A stretch of 64,000 nt of DNA from the NCBI RefSeq assembly GCF_009914755.1, contig NC_060945.1; one strand, 5' to 3'. Under the pieces are notes generated by a model. It worked only from the letters and a program-made list of their open reading frames with translations, searched no databases and was not told the DNA's origin. The translations under genes and the position numbers were made by a program. This DNA comes from the human T2T-CHM13v2.0 reference genome, Homo sapiens. This document shows positions 42,290 through 56,100 of the stretch, in pieces (position 1 is the first letter of the stretch; every line of letters begins with the position of its first letter).

Positions 42290-42500
42290 AGTAATAATAT
42301 GCTTACACCATATTAATTGCAGATAAACCAAATTGCATTGCTAATTTCATTTGCATTTGCATTATCATTGTGTTTTAATTACTAGAGTTAGGCCACCAAA
42401 GACTAATATCCAAATCTGACAGCACCAATTCCCTGGATACATTTTGTGGTTGCTGAATGATTATTGTTCAACAGTTTGCTGCTTTTGACAAACGCAAAGC
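42290..42500. promoter_or_regulatory. Candidate developmental enhancer (POU/SOX/homeodomain motifs)
   Basis: Overlapping ATTTGCAT at 42349 and 42355, CATTGT 42366, AGATAA 42321, several TAAT cores in unique DNA. Confidence 0.35.
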
Positions 42501-43344
42501 AACATAGGCTTCCCAGCCCTGAAAGAATGAAGGAATCAATGAAAGAATATCAGGCGTGGACTGATGCAGAGTTCCATTCTGGCTCCAGGCATACGGTCCT
42601 TGCTCAAAGATAAAACAGGCATGTTTCCCAGGACCTTCCCTGTTAATGTGTGCTGCTTGAAAAGAGGTCAGGGTCAACTAGGTATGGGAAATACCAGGCT
42701 AAACAAACATGGGCCTTATTGCAGACCTTCTTAGAGCCTTTAATATGTTATTGTACATTGTGACTCTCAGAGAGGGAATAGAGTTTGCAGTGTTCCCTAA
42801 CACTTACTTGACCATCTAGTCCTTTTTCTCACTGCAAATCTTCTGGATTTCCCAGGAATGCGCTTTTGAAAAAGCTGAATTTGCATAATATAACTGTAAC
42901 CAGAACCATGGGCATTCCATAAAAGTAAACATAAGTTATATGCTAGAAACATTCTACTGTACTTAACAGAAACTCACAGTCACCAGTCCACAATATCCAG
43001 ATAACCCTCCTGTCTACATTGTGAGTCTAATGTTCCCAGGATTTCTGCAAATTACTGGGGACTTTCATTCTCCTGGACACTTCTGGCCAAAAGCCCCAGG
43101 TTCCAGTGAGCTAGGAATCTATGGAACATCTCTTCTTCCAGTGCACACTATCTCCTTCCAACCCATGTTAAGCCAAGTATGCAATCCTCCTCCATTCCCA
43201 GACTTCCACGAAAACCGAGCAACTAAATAAACAAATCCTTTCATGAGGCTTGCTCAATTCTGCAGAGCATTTGGAGGTTATACTGCAGCAATGCAAGCAA
43301 CCTGAAATTGTGTATCAGACACACTTGTGCTCTCTTCTTTCAAC

Positions 43345-43435
43345 GCTTTATTGAAATATAATTTATGTATCATAAAATTCACCTGTCTAAAGTAGACAAC
43401 TGAGTGGTTGTTAGTATATTTACAACGTTGAAACA
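43345..43435 (-). mobile_element. L1MB-type 3' end fragment
   Basis: GCTTTATTGAAATATAATTTA..CATAAAATTCACC..TAAAGT..CAAC..AGTGGTT.TTAGTATATTTACA. Confidence 0.75.
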
Positions 43436-43536
43436 CTCCTGTTCTTAACTTCCTCTATAATTTCTGACTGATTATAGGCTCCAGTTTTCTTCCTCTCTTT
43501 CTCTGTATCTCTGTAACCCTCAAATTCAATTTCTTT

Positions 43537-43922
43537 TTTTTTTTAATTTCCATAGGTTTTTGGGGAACAGGTGGTGATTGGTTACCTGAGTAAGTTCTTT
43601 AGTGGTGATTTGTGAGATTTGGTGCACCCATCACCGAGTATATATATGCCTTTGCACCCTCAAAGGCATGTATATACACACACGTGTGTATACACACATA
43701 TACACGTATGTGTATATATATAATGACAATAAGGCAAACAATTGACACTATTTGAGAAGCAAGGTTAACAAAGACACGCACATGCACACACACACATATA
43801 TGCCTTTGAGAGTGCAAAGGCATAAGAATGACACAATGAATGGACTTGGGGGAAAGGGTGAGAGGGGAGTGAGGGATAACAGACTACACATTGACTATAT
43901 ACATATATCTATATGACTACTA
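43537..43922 (-). mobile_element. 5'-inverted, truncated L1PB with complex junction filler
   Basis: Antisense L1PB terminus 43537-43638, sense piece ~43810-43893, 18-bp TSD CTCAAATTCAATTTCTTT at 43519 and 43923. Confidence 0.88.
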
Positions 43923-46900
43923 CTCAAATTCAATTTCTTTCTTTTGCAACCCTTTGGCTTTCTTGTCTGCAGCCAAACCCACGCCCTTTGAATCCCATCT
44001 CAACTCCGAACATCTTGCCCGGGTAACTTTCTAAATAAAGACAGGGCTCTTCCTGAAAGACATTCAGATGTCAGACATTAAAATTAAAAAAACAAACAAG
44101 ACAAAAACAAAAATAAGAATAAGGACTTCCTCGCACTGGCCTCTCCCCTATGGAAGCCTCTCCATGACTTCAACCAAATCACTTCTGGCTTCTGCGTTGG
44201 CAGTCCAATGCCCTGCAGGGAGTCCCTGATTGCTGCTGCCCTTGCTCATCCTTGATGCAGGTGGTCATTTCACCCCTCCCTCCCTTTGTGAGTGTCTTTA
44301 CATAGTGCTCCTGACCAGAATGCAGCAATATAGCTGCTTCTCACTGCCTGCCACTGCTCAGTGCATCCCTTCTACCTAGTTATGTCCTTCAGATCAAGTT
44401 TCCATAAGACCACAACAGAAAGCCTGGTTCAGACTCCACAGTGACATCATTCCGGCCTCTATTCCAACATGCAGGGAAGATGCCATCCATCATTCAAGCA
44501 TGAGTAACCAATTCCATAGAGGAGGCAAGTTCAGTGTTTCTGTTTGGTTAAAGCCACGGCCATCTCAACAGCCATGGCCCAAACATTTTTAAACAAAGTA
44601 GGGAAGGAGGAAAAGAAATCAGAGGAGAAATAGTAATGGGATTCAGGATGCTGCACAATGGGCTTTGGACAGGCCAGGTCAGATGTGGGGTGGAGGTAAG
44701 AGGAGAGCCTCAAACCTCTTCAACAGCCACAGAAGCTAAAGAAAGCACAGGAAGACCTATCCTTCAGCCCCCTCCCTAGGGATTTCCACTGGTGGTGAGT
44801 AAACAGCTCAATTACAAGATGTAATTATGAGTTCACTGTTCAGGAGACACCTAGAATTCTTTCCAGAAAGGCAACTCCGCCAAGATTTTACCCCCATGTT
44901 ATTACCACCATCATACTAAGCTATCCACATTTGCATTTGACCCACAGGCTCCCTGTATTCTGTGTGTGTTCAATTCCTGCATGTTCTGCAGAGGCCATCT
45001 AAAACTAGGTTTTATTCACTTCCCACCTTGCAGCATTTGGTTTAAGGAACTTCAGCTTTCTTGTAGTTTCATCACAAATCTTCGTGGTTTAGATCCTAGG
45101 AAAATCTCCCTTCAGCACTAAGATCAAATAGGTAGAAGCTGTCGACATGCAGTAAAGCGGCATTGAGAGGAAGCCAAGGTGGTGTGAAGGAGTTCCTGGT
45201 AAGTCCACAGTGTATGTACATCATGGCCTTACTTCTCAGAAAATGACAATAAGGCAAATAATTGACACTATTTGAGAAGCAAAGTTAACCAAGACACGGG
45301 AGTTGGAAAGGCGCCTGCACGGATACTGCTGGCCCCCCACAATAATTCCATATTTGACGGGCACACGGCAGTCCAGAAAACAAGCACATTTTCTTCTTTG
45401 CAGCTGGGTGGCTGATTTGCAAATGGGCCTTTATATCTCCAAATAATGAAATAAACATGTGTTTGGATTTTAAGGTGATGCCATACTGTTATAAAACATT
45501 CTAAGTGCTTGACTCTCAATTTCTGAGCTTATCTTGGAGCAGATGGTCCCATAGAATGTGAAGGGAAGAAATGTATAAAACTTACAAGTCATGCCCCAAA
45601 AGGGGAGCCCATGTTCTTCTCCCTTGCTCCATGTTCTCCCTTGCTCCTTCACACTCCCCTTCTTGTTGACTAGAAAGCAGCTTGGCCATGAGCCACTGTG
45701 GACCACGCAAGTGTGACCAACATGCTAGGATGATGGACAAACAAGACAGAAGGATCTTGGGCTCCACTGACTTCACTGAGCAAATCTGCCATACCAGCTT
45801 GACCTTTTGCACTTCTATCTGGTTTGGGAGACTGTTACACTGGTCACAAGGGCAAACCTATATTCTTAGCAATATGTGAACTCTGGATCAAACTATTTCA
45901 GGGGGTATCTGTACAGACATGGATGTCTGAGCATACACACCAGCACTAAAAGTATATCAAAGTCCAAACTGACTCTATGTCTCAACATTTGGGCAACACA
46001 CTTTTGAAATCCTGATTGGTTTGGTACCTTAGTAAAAACAGAGTGAGAAATTGACTGTCTTTCTCTCAATGTGGGGACAGGCCAATGTCTGCCCTGAGCT
46101 CTGCCAGCCATTTCACAAAGATACACCTCAGTCATAAAAACATATGTGATTATATGTATCCTAGAAAACAATGTTCAGTAATAAAGTGGCATAAAGGAGC
46201 ATATGTTTTTTAGGGATTTAGAAGGAATTTCATAATAATGCTTATATAAAATAGTGAAGCAAATTTAGAGAAAACAGCACCTTTGCAAATGTTTCCACCA
46301 CTGGCACACTGACCATTGACAAGATTCAAAAATGTGTTAGATTCAGACTGGACAAACATTGAAGTTAATTTAAAAGCATTTTTTGTTTTTGGTATTTCAA
46401 AACAGTGAGCTGTTTTAAAAAAAGTCTTTAAAAAAGAACCCTATTACATCGACAATTTAATAAGCTCATTCGTTTACAACTGGTTTTTTTTTTAATCCCC
46501 AATGTGTTTTTTTTAAGTGATATCTCATTTATTTTAAGCCTGGAAGAGAGTTTTCTCTGCATTTGAGCAGTCCAGGATGGAGCTACTAAAAGAAAGGTCT
46601 GTGAACAGTGAGATCCAGGAACTATTTGTAACCAGTCTGCATCAATATAAGCACAGACACTGGAAGTTCAGTGCTTAGAAAGTTTTACAGCAATATAATA
46701 TCACCATGACATCCAAATGCATGACTGACTTTCTAATCATTAGTTTTCATCGTATTTTACCAAAGCATCAGTTCTCAACAGATTTGAATTTTTTTTAAAT
46801 GGCCCTTCACCAAGATAGCAATGGTCTAGTAACCAACTTGCAGATATAAAGACCCATTTACAAATTTGCCTGCAGCTTTCTATGCCTCCAATCACACACA

Positions 46901-48670
46901 ATTGACATCAAAACTTCTTACATACACAAGCACATTGCACGAGCTAGTGCCCACAACAAAAACAAAGCGAGAACTTATTCACATCTTATTGCCACCTGAC
47001 CATACAGCAAGACTGTTTCAACAGACACATTTGCAAATCATAGTTTTATAATAACATAAGAATTGGGCAGTAATTATTTTTATAAGAGAAAACAACTTGT
47101 ATTTGTGTGTGTGCATGAGTATGAGTATGTGTCTCCATCATACAAACAATAATTGCCCCCATGTCTTCTCCATTTTGTCTTCAATTCTGGTTCTTAGGAT
47201 TTTCTCCAGGTGTTAGTAGTTACACCTCTGGAAAGGGTCTTTTGTTAATACCAAAAGCATTTTGACTTATTTCTTTGGGAAAAAAAAAAAAAACAACAGA
47301 AATGAAAGCAAGCCCTCTTTTAAACTGGAAAGCTTTATTTTGCCCCTGGAGAAAAGCAGCCTGGTTAAATGTCTGAACTTATTGTTATTATTATTTTATT
47401 GAGCAATAAACTAAAGTGTGATTGAGCCACCAGTGACTCGGATATATTGTTAAGCTTGGAATCACATGGTTGAATGACTAGCTGGCCCAGAACGTGGGCG
47501 ATTCAAATGATTCAGAAGACAAATGAGGCAGGAGCAAGAATGTCTCACACCAATACAAACCCAATTAACGTCAACAAAATCCTGCAAAATTTATTGTTGC
47601 TTGGCCTCTGAAAATGGTGGAACCAACTCTTTTCCTGTGCCTGCAGGGCAAATTCATTAGATGGAAAACGGCATTTTGTTAACCATGAAGTTCAGTAACA
47701 TAAACAAGTCAGTGCCATGGTCCTTGAGACACCTGCAGAGGGTCAACCGCAAAGAAGGGAAGGAAGAGAGAGATGCTGATCTTGCTCTACAATGCCCATG
47801 AGTAGTGACACAGTAGGTGTTTCATAAATAATGTCTTTTTAAAGTCACAGTCCAGGATAAAAATGATATATCTGATTGTCATTCAGTTCGTTAAATAACG
47901 ATCATATATAAAAAGAGAAAGAGAGAGAAGAGAGAGGAAGGGAGGAAAAAGAGATTGATATTTTGCCTGCAAGTTCACCAAAGGCTACCATGTTGGTTTG
48001 TGCTTGTTTTTTTGTTTCAGTTTCTTAAGTAAGAGTGATTCACTTGTGCTGATTCAACTTGAACCATGTTTACATCAGATGCTCTTATGCCCACAATTGA
48101 CAAATCTAAGAGTGGTCATGAAACAAAACGGACCTCACTGGCCCCAAAGTCATCGAATCTACAATTTTGACCTTTAGGCTATGTGCCCACAGAACTGGAC
48201 GACACTGCTGAATTCATGTAACCCTAAGCGCTGTGAAACGCTCCATCACTGTGCTATTTGACAGCAAGGATGGCGCCACTTCTGAGATAACTCATGCCGC
48301 AGAGCTCAACAACATACCCCTTGTTCAAAGTAGAGATGATGGGCGTTGAAAGGGCCATGACACAGAGGTCTTTTGTGTGATCAGACTTACTCTGTGTGGG
48401 GTAATAGGAGTGTCGTCTGAAGAGTGGTTTGGCTGGATAAGACCACGAAAAAAAAAAAGTACCAAACAATCAAAAAGCTTAATCATGGATTATCAAGAAG
48501 ACCATTTTCCCACCCACATTTGATTCTGAATTCAATCAAACCCTTAATGACTCATATGAGGATTTCAGGGTGTTCTATCAAAAATCTGCTGAAATAGACC
48601 CAAAACACAGCAAAATATTAAGGTGAAATATTATCAGTACCAGAAAAAGTATCTCCAATACTTTTTCTCA

Positions 48671-48794
48671 GTTTTCAGTTTCTTATGATTATGATGATGA
48701 TTCATTTCTGCTGATTCAACTTGAACCATATTCATATCAGATGCTCTTATGCACACAGTTAACAAATCTAAGAGTGATCATGAAACAAAACGGA
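48671..48794 (+). repeat. ~120-bp copy of 48014-48132 bracketed by a 24-bp duplication
   Basis: 9 mismatches over the 97-bp ungapped core; AAAGTATCTCCA(A/G)TACTTTTTCTC at 48646 and 48809. Confidence 0.93.
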
Positions 48795-51700
48795 ATTCAG
48801 AAAGCAGGAAAGTATCTCCAGTACTTTTTCTCTTATAAAGAACATACCATTTGTTGGGTAAGCTACTGATGCTAGATGCAGCCCACTATGGAAGCAGGAA
48901 AAGAATCTACTTAGTCACTGAATCAACACTTACCATGTGCCTGGCATGGTGCAAGGCTCATGCAGCAGAATTTATTTCTTCATGCTTTTATTTTGTTTCC
49001 ATCTTTAATAGTGATCAGAGCTATGAAGAAGATCTTGGAGGGTAATGAAACAGAATCACAGAAGGGAATTTTGTTTCATTCAGAACTGGGAACAGCCTAT
49101 TTGAGGGAGGGCAGTCACGTGAGATTTAAAAGATAGTGTTTGAGCTCCTGTGACTCCCAGTGTCTTTTAACTTTGTATTTTTACTGAGACCCACAAAAGA
49201 AATTCATAGGTGACTGCTGGTCCTGGATTTTTAGGGACAACCAAGATTGACATGTGATTAATTTTCTGAAGACAACTAGATTCTGGCCATGACAAGGGGC
49301 TTCTGGGATGAAAAGCTAGGACCACAGAGGGCCAGGGGGGGAAGTGGGAATGAGACCAAAAACACCAATAGAACCAAGAATCAGTGAGGACAGAGCAAGG
49401 GAGAAAGGAGGGTCAGAGAGCAGGCAACATGGCCTCCAAGAAGTTCAGGTGCAGAATGAAGGACATCGGGGGAATATCTGTCCATTAACCTGCCTGGAGC
49501 CCTCTTCGTATTCTCCTAGACACCCGAAACTATTCTGCAGCGTTTTTCTTTGCTGATTTAGACGTTACAAAAAATGTAGTTTCACTGCTGATTTTTCTCC
49601 AGACCATTTGTGCATTCTTGCTCTGAACACCCCAATCCATAATCATTGTCAGCTGAGACCAAACTAGCTGCTAAACTACTTACCAATGTATTCAGTCTCC
49701 ACGGCATCGATCCCAGCAGAAATGCAAATCAGCTTTTCCAGGGCGAACCTCCCTCCTGAAGAAGTGAGTCTAGGCCAGCAACTGCCGCCTGGAGGAATCC
49801 TGAAGTGCCCCCCAGATGTGTAGGGTCTTGGTTGTCACACAGTGCATTTGACACATCACAGTCAGGGGTCCGTAATCTGCTGCCTCCAGCAGTAAGATAA
49901 TGATGTTGTAGTTTCTCTTCTCTTCCTCTTGCCCACTAGAATTTACTTGGATCCTAGCGAATAAAGATGGGAGAAGGGATATCAGTCCTGCCCATCACCT
50001 GCTAGCATCTACCACCATTTTGGGATAGCTGGGCTCTACAGCTGTGTAGACGACAAGGTGCATACCAGTGCCACATAAGCCATGTTTCAGGACCAACCAA
50101 TGGTCAGGGCACACAGTGTAAAGTGAGAGAGAGGAACCAAGGCTGGAGGGCTCAGGGCACATGCCCCAAAACTACAGACACTAAAGGGATTGGAGCCCTG
50201 TTAAATAAAGTGAACCCTCTTTTCCACAATTTATTTCTCTATCAGCCTTGGCAATTGTCCCCACGACAAGAAGGAGCCTAGCTGGGGCCACTCTGCAAAT
50301 TCATGAGGCAGGGGAGACATCCAAGCTGGGCATATGCATGATTATTACAGGAAGAGGAAAACATCTGAGCTATTTAGCATCTCACAGTTCAAATGGGGCG
50401 ATTGCTGAGACACTGGTGTGGAAGAGACAAATGGGGTGGGGAAATTTTTCTAATCTTAATAAAATCTTTTTGCTTTTTCCAGTAAGTAAAGGAGTGAGTG
50501 ATGACGTGTCTGACCCTTCTTTAATATCATCAACTGGAGCGAGAAAGACCTGAAAGAAAATATTTAGAAAAAGAGTGTTCATATTATGCCTTGCCTGTGC
50601 TATGCCTTAATAAATTCTCTCATTAGCAATAAGCCAATTCTATATAAACAATGTTTTCTCAGCAGGCAACAGCAAGTTCATAAGTACTCTTAACACTCAT
50701 TAAAGCTCACATGCTTCAAGAACATGCTTAGAAATATTGTGGGTTTCCTGGCTCTCGGCACATATTTCAATGGGGAATAAATGGGTGCATGGAATACAGT
50801 GAAGAGCAAGTTCCTTCAACAAGTTCTGTCTTTTCTTGCCACTGCTCAGTAACAAAGGAAGCAGTGAGCAAAACAATTATTTGGGCTTTAAATGGAAACA
50901 GGAAAAGACCAGACATCTAAAATTGGAGAAAATGTACATGTCAGAGGCTAATTCAGAATTTTTTAAATGACTTTTTTTGTTATTCTGGGAAGATGTTTTA
51001 AGTTTTTATTGTAAACAAATGTCACTTTTGAGGCAGATGGAAAAGTAATCTAAATTTAGAAAATGTGTCATTATTAATTGACCTTAGTTATCAGAGAAAG
51101 TTTTTTTCAAAGATCTGCTAACTTCAACTCCAAACTGGACACAACTGCCTCCTGTAACTTACTTCCTTTAACGCCTCAATCAACTACAGTAACTCGCATT
51201 TGAGATTGATTTTATTTGCCTTTAACCAAAACTTGTTAGAAACAGCCTGCACAATTATTTCTCTTTCCTCATCCTATTTCTTTTTGGTACTTCTGTGGGG
51301 AAATGTGACCAGTGTTTGCAAAACAACACAAGAAACACCTCTCAATTGTTTTCTGGCATTATTAACTTGTTATTGTTACCAGCAACTCTGCATCTCCACA
51401 ACTATCAATAGTTTATTGCTTGTTTCTTTACTTAGATTCATTGACATTAATAGGGTGAAATGTAATGACTTACGGTCAGCATTTTGGAATAATAAAAATG
51501 ATTAATTTGGAAGTTCTTTGCAATATTCTATACAGTTCAAAAGCCAACATCTAAAAATGTATACTGCATGGAGAGAAATAACAATTTAGTTTCAATTATA
51601 AATTAAATACATGTAAACTCCTTAAATCATTCTTATAATTGGCAACTATAAATCAGTTACCAGGATCTTTCAAGAATATTTAAAGCCATATAGTATAGAA

Positions 51701-52954
51701 ATGTTTTCTATTGATTAAAAATAGATGTAGATAGAGATTCCATACTAGATGCTTACTCACATCTTCATTTACCTACTTTTTCTTTCTCTTATGAAGCAAA
51801 ACTGTTTTTACAAAATAGGATTGTTACTCCCAGGCTCCCCTAATGACTCATTATGATCAAAATGACAAACTTAGTAGCTTTAACTTTAATTGGTTTGGTA
51901 CAATCAATGCTTTAAGTTGGTAAGTAGATTCACTTCTCCATATATTTCACATGTTAAAAGGTTACTTTTATTTTTAATAAAAATAAAATAATTGTCAGTT
52001 TTAATAAAATTACTTCCTTTTTCCTTTTCAACTTCTGCTTTCCTTCTTTCATTTGATGTTATGTACACTTCCAGTGTTGCCAACACTTTACAGTTTCAAC
52101 GCCTTACTGTGAACATGCTTATTTTTAATTTGAAGCAAATTGAAACACATTTTAAGAGTTGAAAGTTCACATCCTCCTTTCAAAAAAACTCAGTGCACTT
52201 CAGTGTGTCACAAACTCAGAGCTGATTACCACTGAGTTAGAGGTCAAATTATTTGTATCCAAATTAGGATTTCTCATCTTTCTTTCTAAAAATTGTCTGT
52301 ATTCTCAAGTTTTTAATAGGAAAAAAAATCTTATTTTTATGATTCTGTTTCTGACAATAATTTTTGAGACAAAGGGATACTTTGGCTCAAAAATTATTTT
52401 AAGAATAAGAAAATCAAGCTCTAGTACACATAATTCCTCATGTGGCAAACAAGAAAAATATAATACTGAATTAACCAACAATTAACTCATTAACAATCTT
52501 CCTTTGTTCAGTGTCTGCTATGTTGTTATTAGAAATCCAGAAAAGCAAGTCTATTGAATAGAATTTTTAAGAAAAAAAGTTAAGTTTTATATTCTACTCT
52601 GAGATGTTCTGGCTGTACTGTCACCTGTCCTAACTGAAACAAGGGTATTTAACATCACTTTTAATATAAATACATTTCATTGACATTTAAGTTATTATCA
52701 AGCCGCTGAAGGGCCTAAGAGTTGATATTCCTTTACTTCAAAAGAGAACATTCCCAGTGACGATGTACCCAGCAACCACATTCATGTGGTTTTGATTTTT
52801 ACTCCTTCTTGTCTTTATAATTTTTACTTTGATTTCTTTCATATGGACACAGAATGACTTAGCAGTGTGACTTTTTTTCTAATTCATTCAATCGGCCATT
52901 CTAAATCTCTCGTTAAGCATCTGATATATAGTCATGTAGTTTATTTAAGTAACT

Positions 52955-53180
52955 AGGCAGTAGCGCAGGACACAGACTGAAATTAATCCCAGCTGCGTCG
53001 CTACTTAGCTGAGTGACCTTGACTTTGACCTTGCTTAACCTCAATTACCTCACCTGAAAATGGGGACAATAATGATGATTATATAGGATTATTCAGAAGG
53101 TGACATGAGATAAACATAATTAAAGCACATTGCCCTGTGCCTAGCGTATTGTAAACTCTCAAGAAATAGTAGCCACTATG
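52955..53180 (+). mobile_element. MIR
   Basis: TAGCTGAGTGACCTTG...CCTCACCTGAAAATGGGGACAATAA...TGTGCCTAGCGTATTGTAA. Confidence 0.75.
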
Positions 53181-56100
53181 AAAGATAAAAGTGAGTTACT
53201 AAAAAGCTATAAAATTATATGAATTTAATTGTAGAACTTACAAGAAAGTCATTCATTATGTAAAAGAAATCTTAGAATGGAAAAAGGAGCCTCAAATATT
53301 AACATGAGTTAAGACAATAGGGACTGTTTCAATATGGCCAGAGTAATACTGACATGGAGCCAGTATACTGATATTTATGACATTAAGCCCTTTTTGTCCC
53401 ACCAGAATTCTGGGCAGCTCTCTGGGATTGAAATACCTTCTGGGACTTACTAAATGAGCTAATAGGCCCCACAGTCAAGTTACCTTTGAATCCTTAGTTG
53501 TGAAAAACTTGGTGTTGGAGCTCCCAGACTGTATAGTTTAGTTATTGCCTCCCCTATTTTGCTGTAGTATTTTTTTCTGAGTTATTTGTGCTTTGTTACT
53601 TCCCAATCACATACAACTATGTTTATTGTACTCCTCCCAATGGATATGCCATGATACAGTATTTCTTTACTAACAAGCTTTACATCTTAAACACTTTTAA
53701 GGTACGAATTACCAAGGGAAAGAAGTACTTTCCACTCATTTGCCTTTTACCATTTAAGTTTTATTCTTAGCTATATATCAAGTAAGAGCATTTGGTACAT
53801 CCCAAGCCCCAGAACGGGTAATGAGTTCTTTTATTTATTTAAAATATTTGCTGCATTTGTTTCAATATCAAATAAATCATTAGTAATTTCTTTAGTGTTC
53901 AGTACATATTTAAACCAAGAAGAAAAAGAAAAACAAGTATGATCATATTGTGAGGTTTACATGATAAACAGTAAACTGAACTCTTGATTTACCGTAGAGG
54001 AGTGTTATACAGAAAGCATGATCATCCATCTCCATGCGTAAGTTTTTTGACCGTTCATAAGATTTGCCAAGCTTTCCTCACATGATTAAGGTAAGAGTCA
54101 AATTCTAATGTAAGAAATCATTTGTTTTCACCTCAACAATTTTATCTTGACTTTTATTTATGGCCATGTGAATGTCTTCCAGTCCCTACATCTCTCCTCA
54201 ATCAGATTAAAAAAGAAACAGAGAGAAAAAGAAAAAAAAAAATCCCTTTCATTGCATCCCCACAAAGTAACTCATGAAGTTCATCATCTGTGAAGGACAG
54301 AAAAGGCAAATTAACAGTCAGAATGAAAAGGGAACAGGCAGCATCTTGACGTCTCACAGAAGTAGTTTTGGATGTGCTTCCTTTCGTGGTTCCCAGGCCC
54401 AAGTGAAGGTTCCCAAGCACCTTCTTAAGCAAGTTTCATGTTGGCAAAGTTTGTTACGAGTCATGTTTATTATGTCAGTCGATGTTTTTAAGCCTAAACG
54501 AAATTAATAGCATCATGCATGGCTTACAATAAACCCTAATGAAACGTTCAGAACTGTTTAAAAAGCTGTAGCAGGTTTTTAAGGAAATTGGTTGCCTGTA
54601 TTTATTCTTTGAATTAAGTGTTAAAGGAAAACAGAATAATAATATATAAAACCCGGGTTTCCTGTAACAACAATAATTATGATAACTAACATCTGTATAT
54701 GGCTTTACAGTTTGCAAAGTGCTTTCTCATACATTACCTCATTTAGCAGAGTGGAAATGTTTAATGATCCCAGTTCCAAACTGCCTTTCATTAATAGTAT
54801 ATATATTATATTAATAAGCACATTTAGAAGAAACTATCTTCATAAGCACTCTGCTAAGTGTGAACAAAGGCTGATAAGGAGATGCTGAAATCCGATATCA
54901 ACCCCATAAATCAAATAAACATCGAATAAAATCTGTCAAACACTTCATAACATTGTGTGCGTGTCATCAAACTCAAGGCAAATCCTGCTGTGTCACCTCG
55001 AAATGATGAAGAGAACTAAGGTGTGAGAGCATGCTGTTAGAAGTTTCATTAAAGCCTTATTTACTAGTTCAGAATGAATTTACATTGATCTTTTAAACTA
55101 TTGCTAACCACAAGTGCATTAAACCTAAACAGTCTTCATTTACTGAGAAATAAATGTGTCAGCAGAACCATGACTTTTGTCCAATGTTGTTCCGGCATTT
55201 AAGGCATTTAATTCACAAAGGCTCAGTGTTAAGCTTTTTATTGCTTGTTGTGCTAAAGCATGTTCGTTTAATTGCAAATATATTTCCTTCCTGCATCATT
55301 ATCAAAATTGTTATCTTAAGGAAATATTGTTTTTAAATAATCTGCTGGAAAACCAGTGTGGTACGTGGGCTTATTCAGAATAATTGTTTCCTGCTACAGA
55401 TGGGTTAGCAATTAAGCGGTAACATTGCTTAAACAATTTTAAAAGGAGGTGAGGATAAAAGGAGTCGGATTGTGCTGATCTGAGTTGTAAGAAGCTCTGG
55501 CATTTTTGTGGAGTCAACATGCACTCGTGGCTGATTTAATCAATACCTCACTGTTTACATTTTTAAAGAACTTTGTTACTGGTTCCAGGGCCTGATCTAA
55601 TAAATAAGCAATTGCAATGTATTGTATAATTTTGTGAGATGTGAATTATGTCAAAAGTCACCTTAGTCTTTCTGTCTTTGAAATGGAGACAAATGTCTTG
55701 AATTTGACTTTGACCTTGACCTTTTCCTATATTAACTTAGGAAAAAGACTTGAATTCAGGCTTCAGATTTTTAAAATCCCAGTAACACTATTATGAGGAC
55801 ACCCATGCTAAAGACAGAAAATTAGGGACATTATTTTAAATAAGAAAAGAAACAGCAATACCTGACTTCAGATACTCCAGGGATTACATGCATTTCTTAA
55901 AATTGTTTTTCGGTAGCTAAATACAACAGACATGAGGTTTCCATTTCAGTGGGTGAAAAACTATTGACAGTACTCCCACTAAACCCACACTAAATAAGCT
56001 GCTTCATGTTGTCCATTACATGGGACTTTAAAAAATGCTCACTAAAAGATAAATCCTTTGCCTAATTGTATTTAAATTCAAGAAAAGAGCAACTCTTTAC

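Noticed and set aside
48646-48832. Direct repeats with a spacer as a CRISPR-like or novel MITE structure
   Set aside because: Only two repeats, eukaryotic context, no terminal inverted repeats; the spacer is a local copy.
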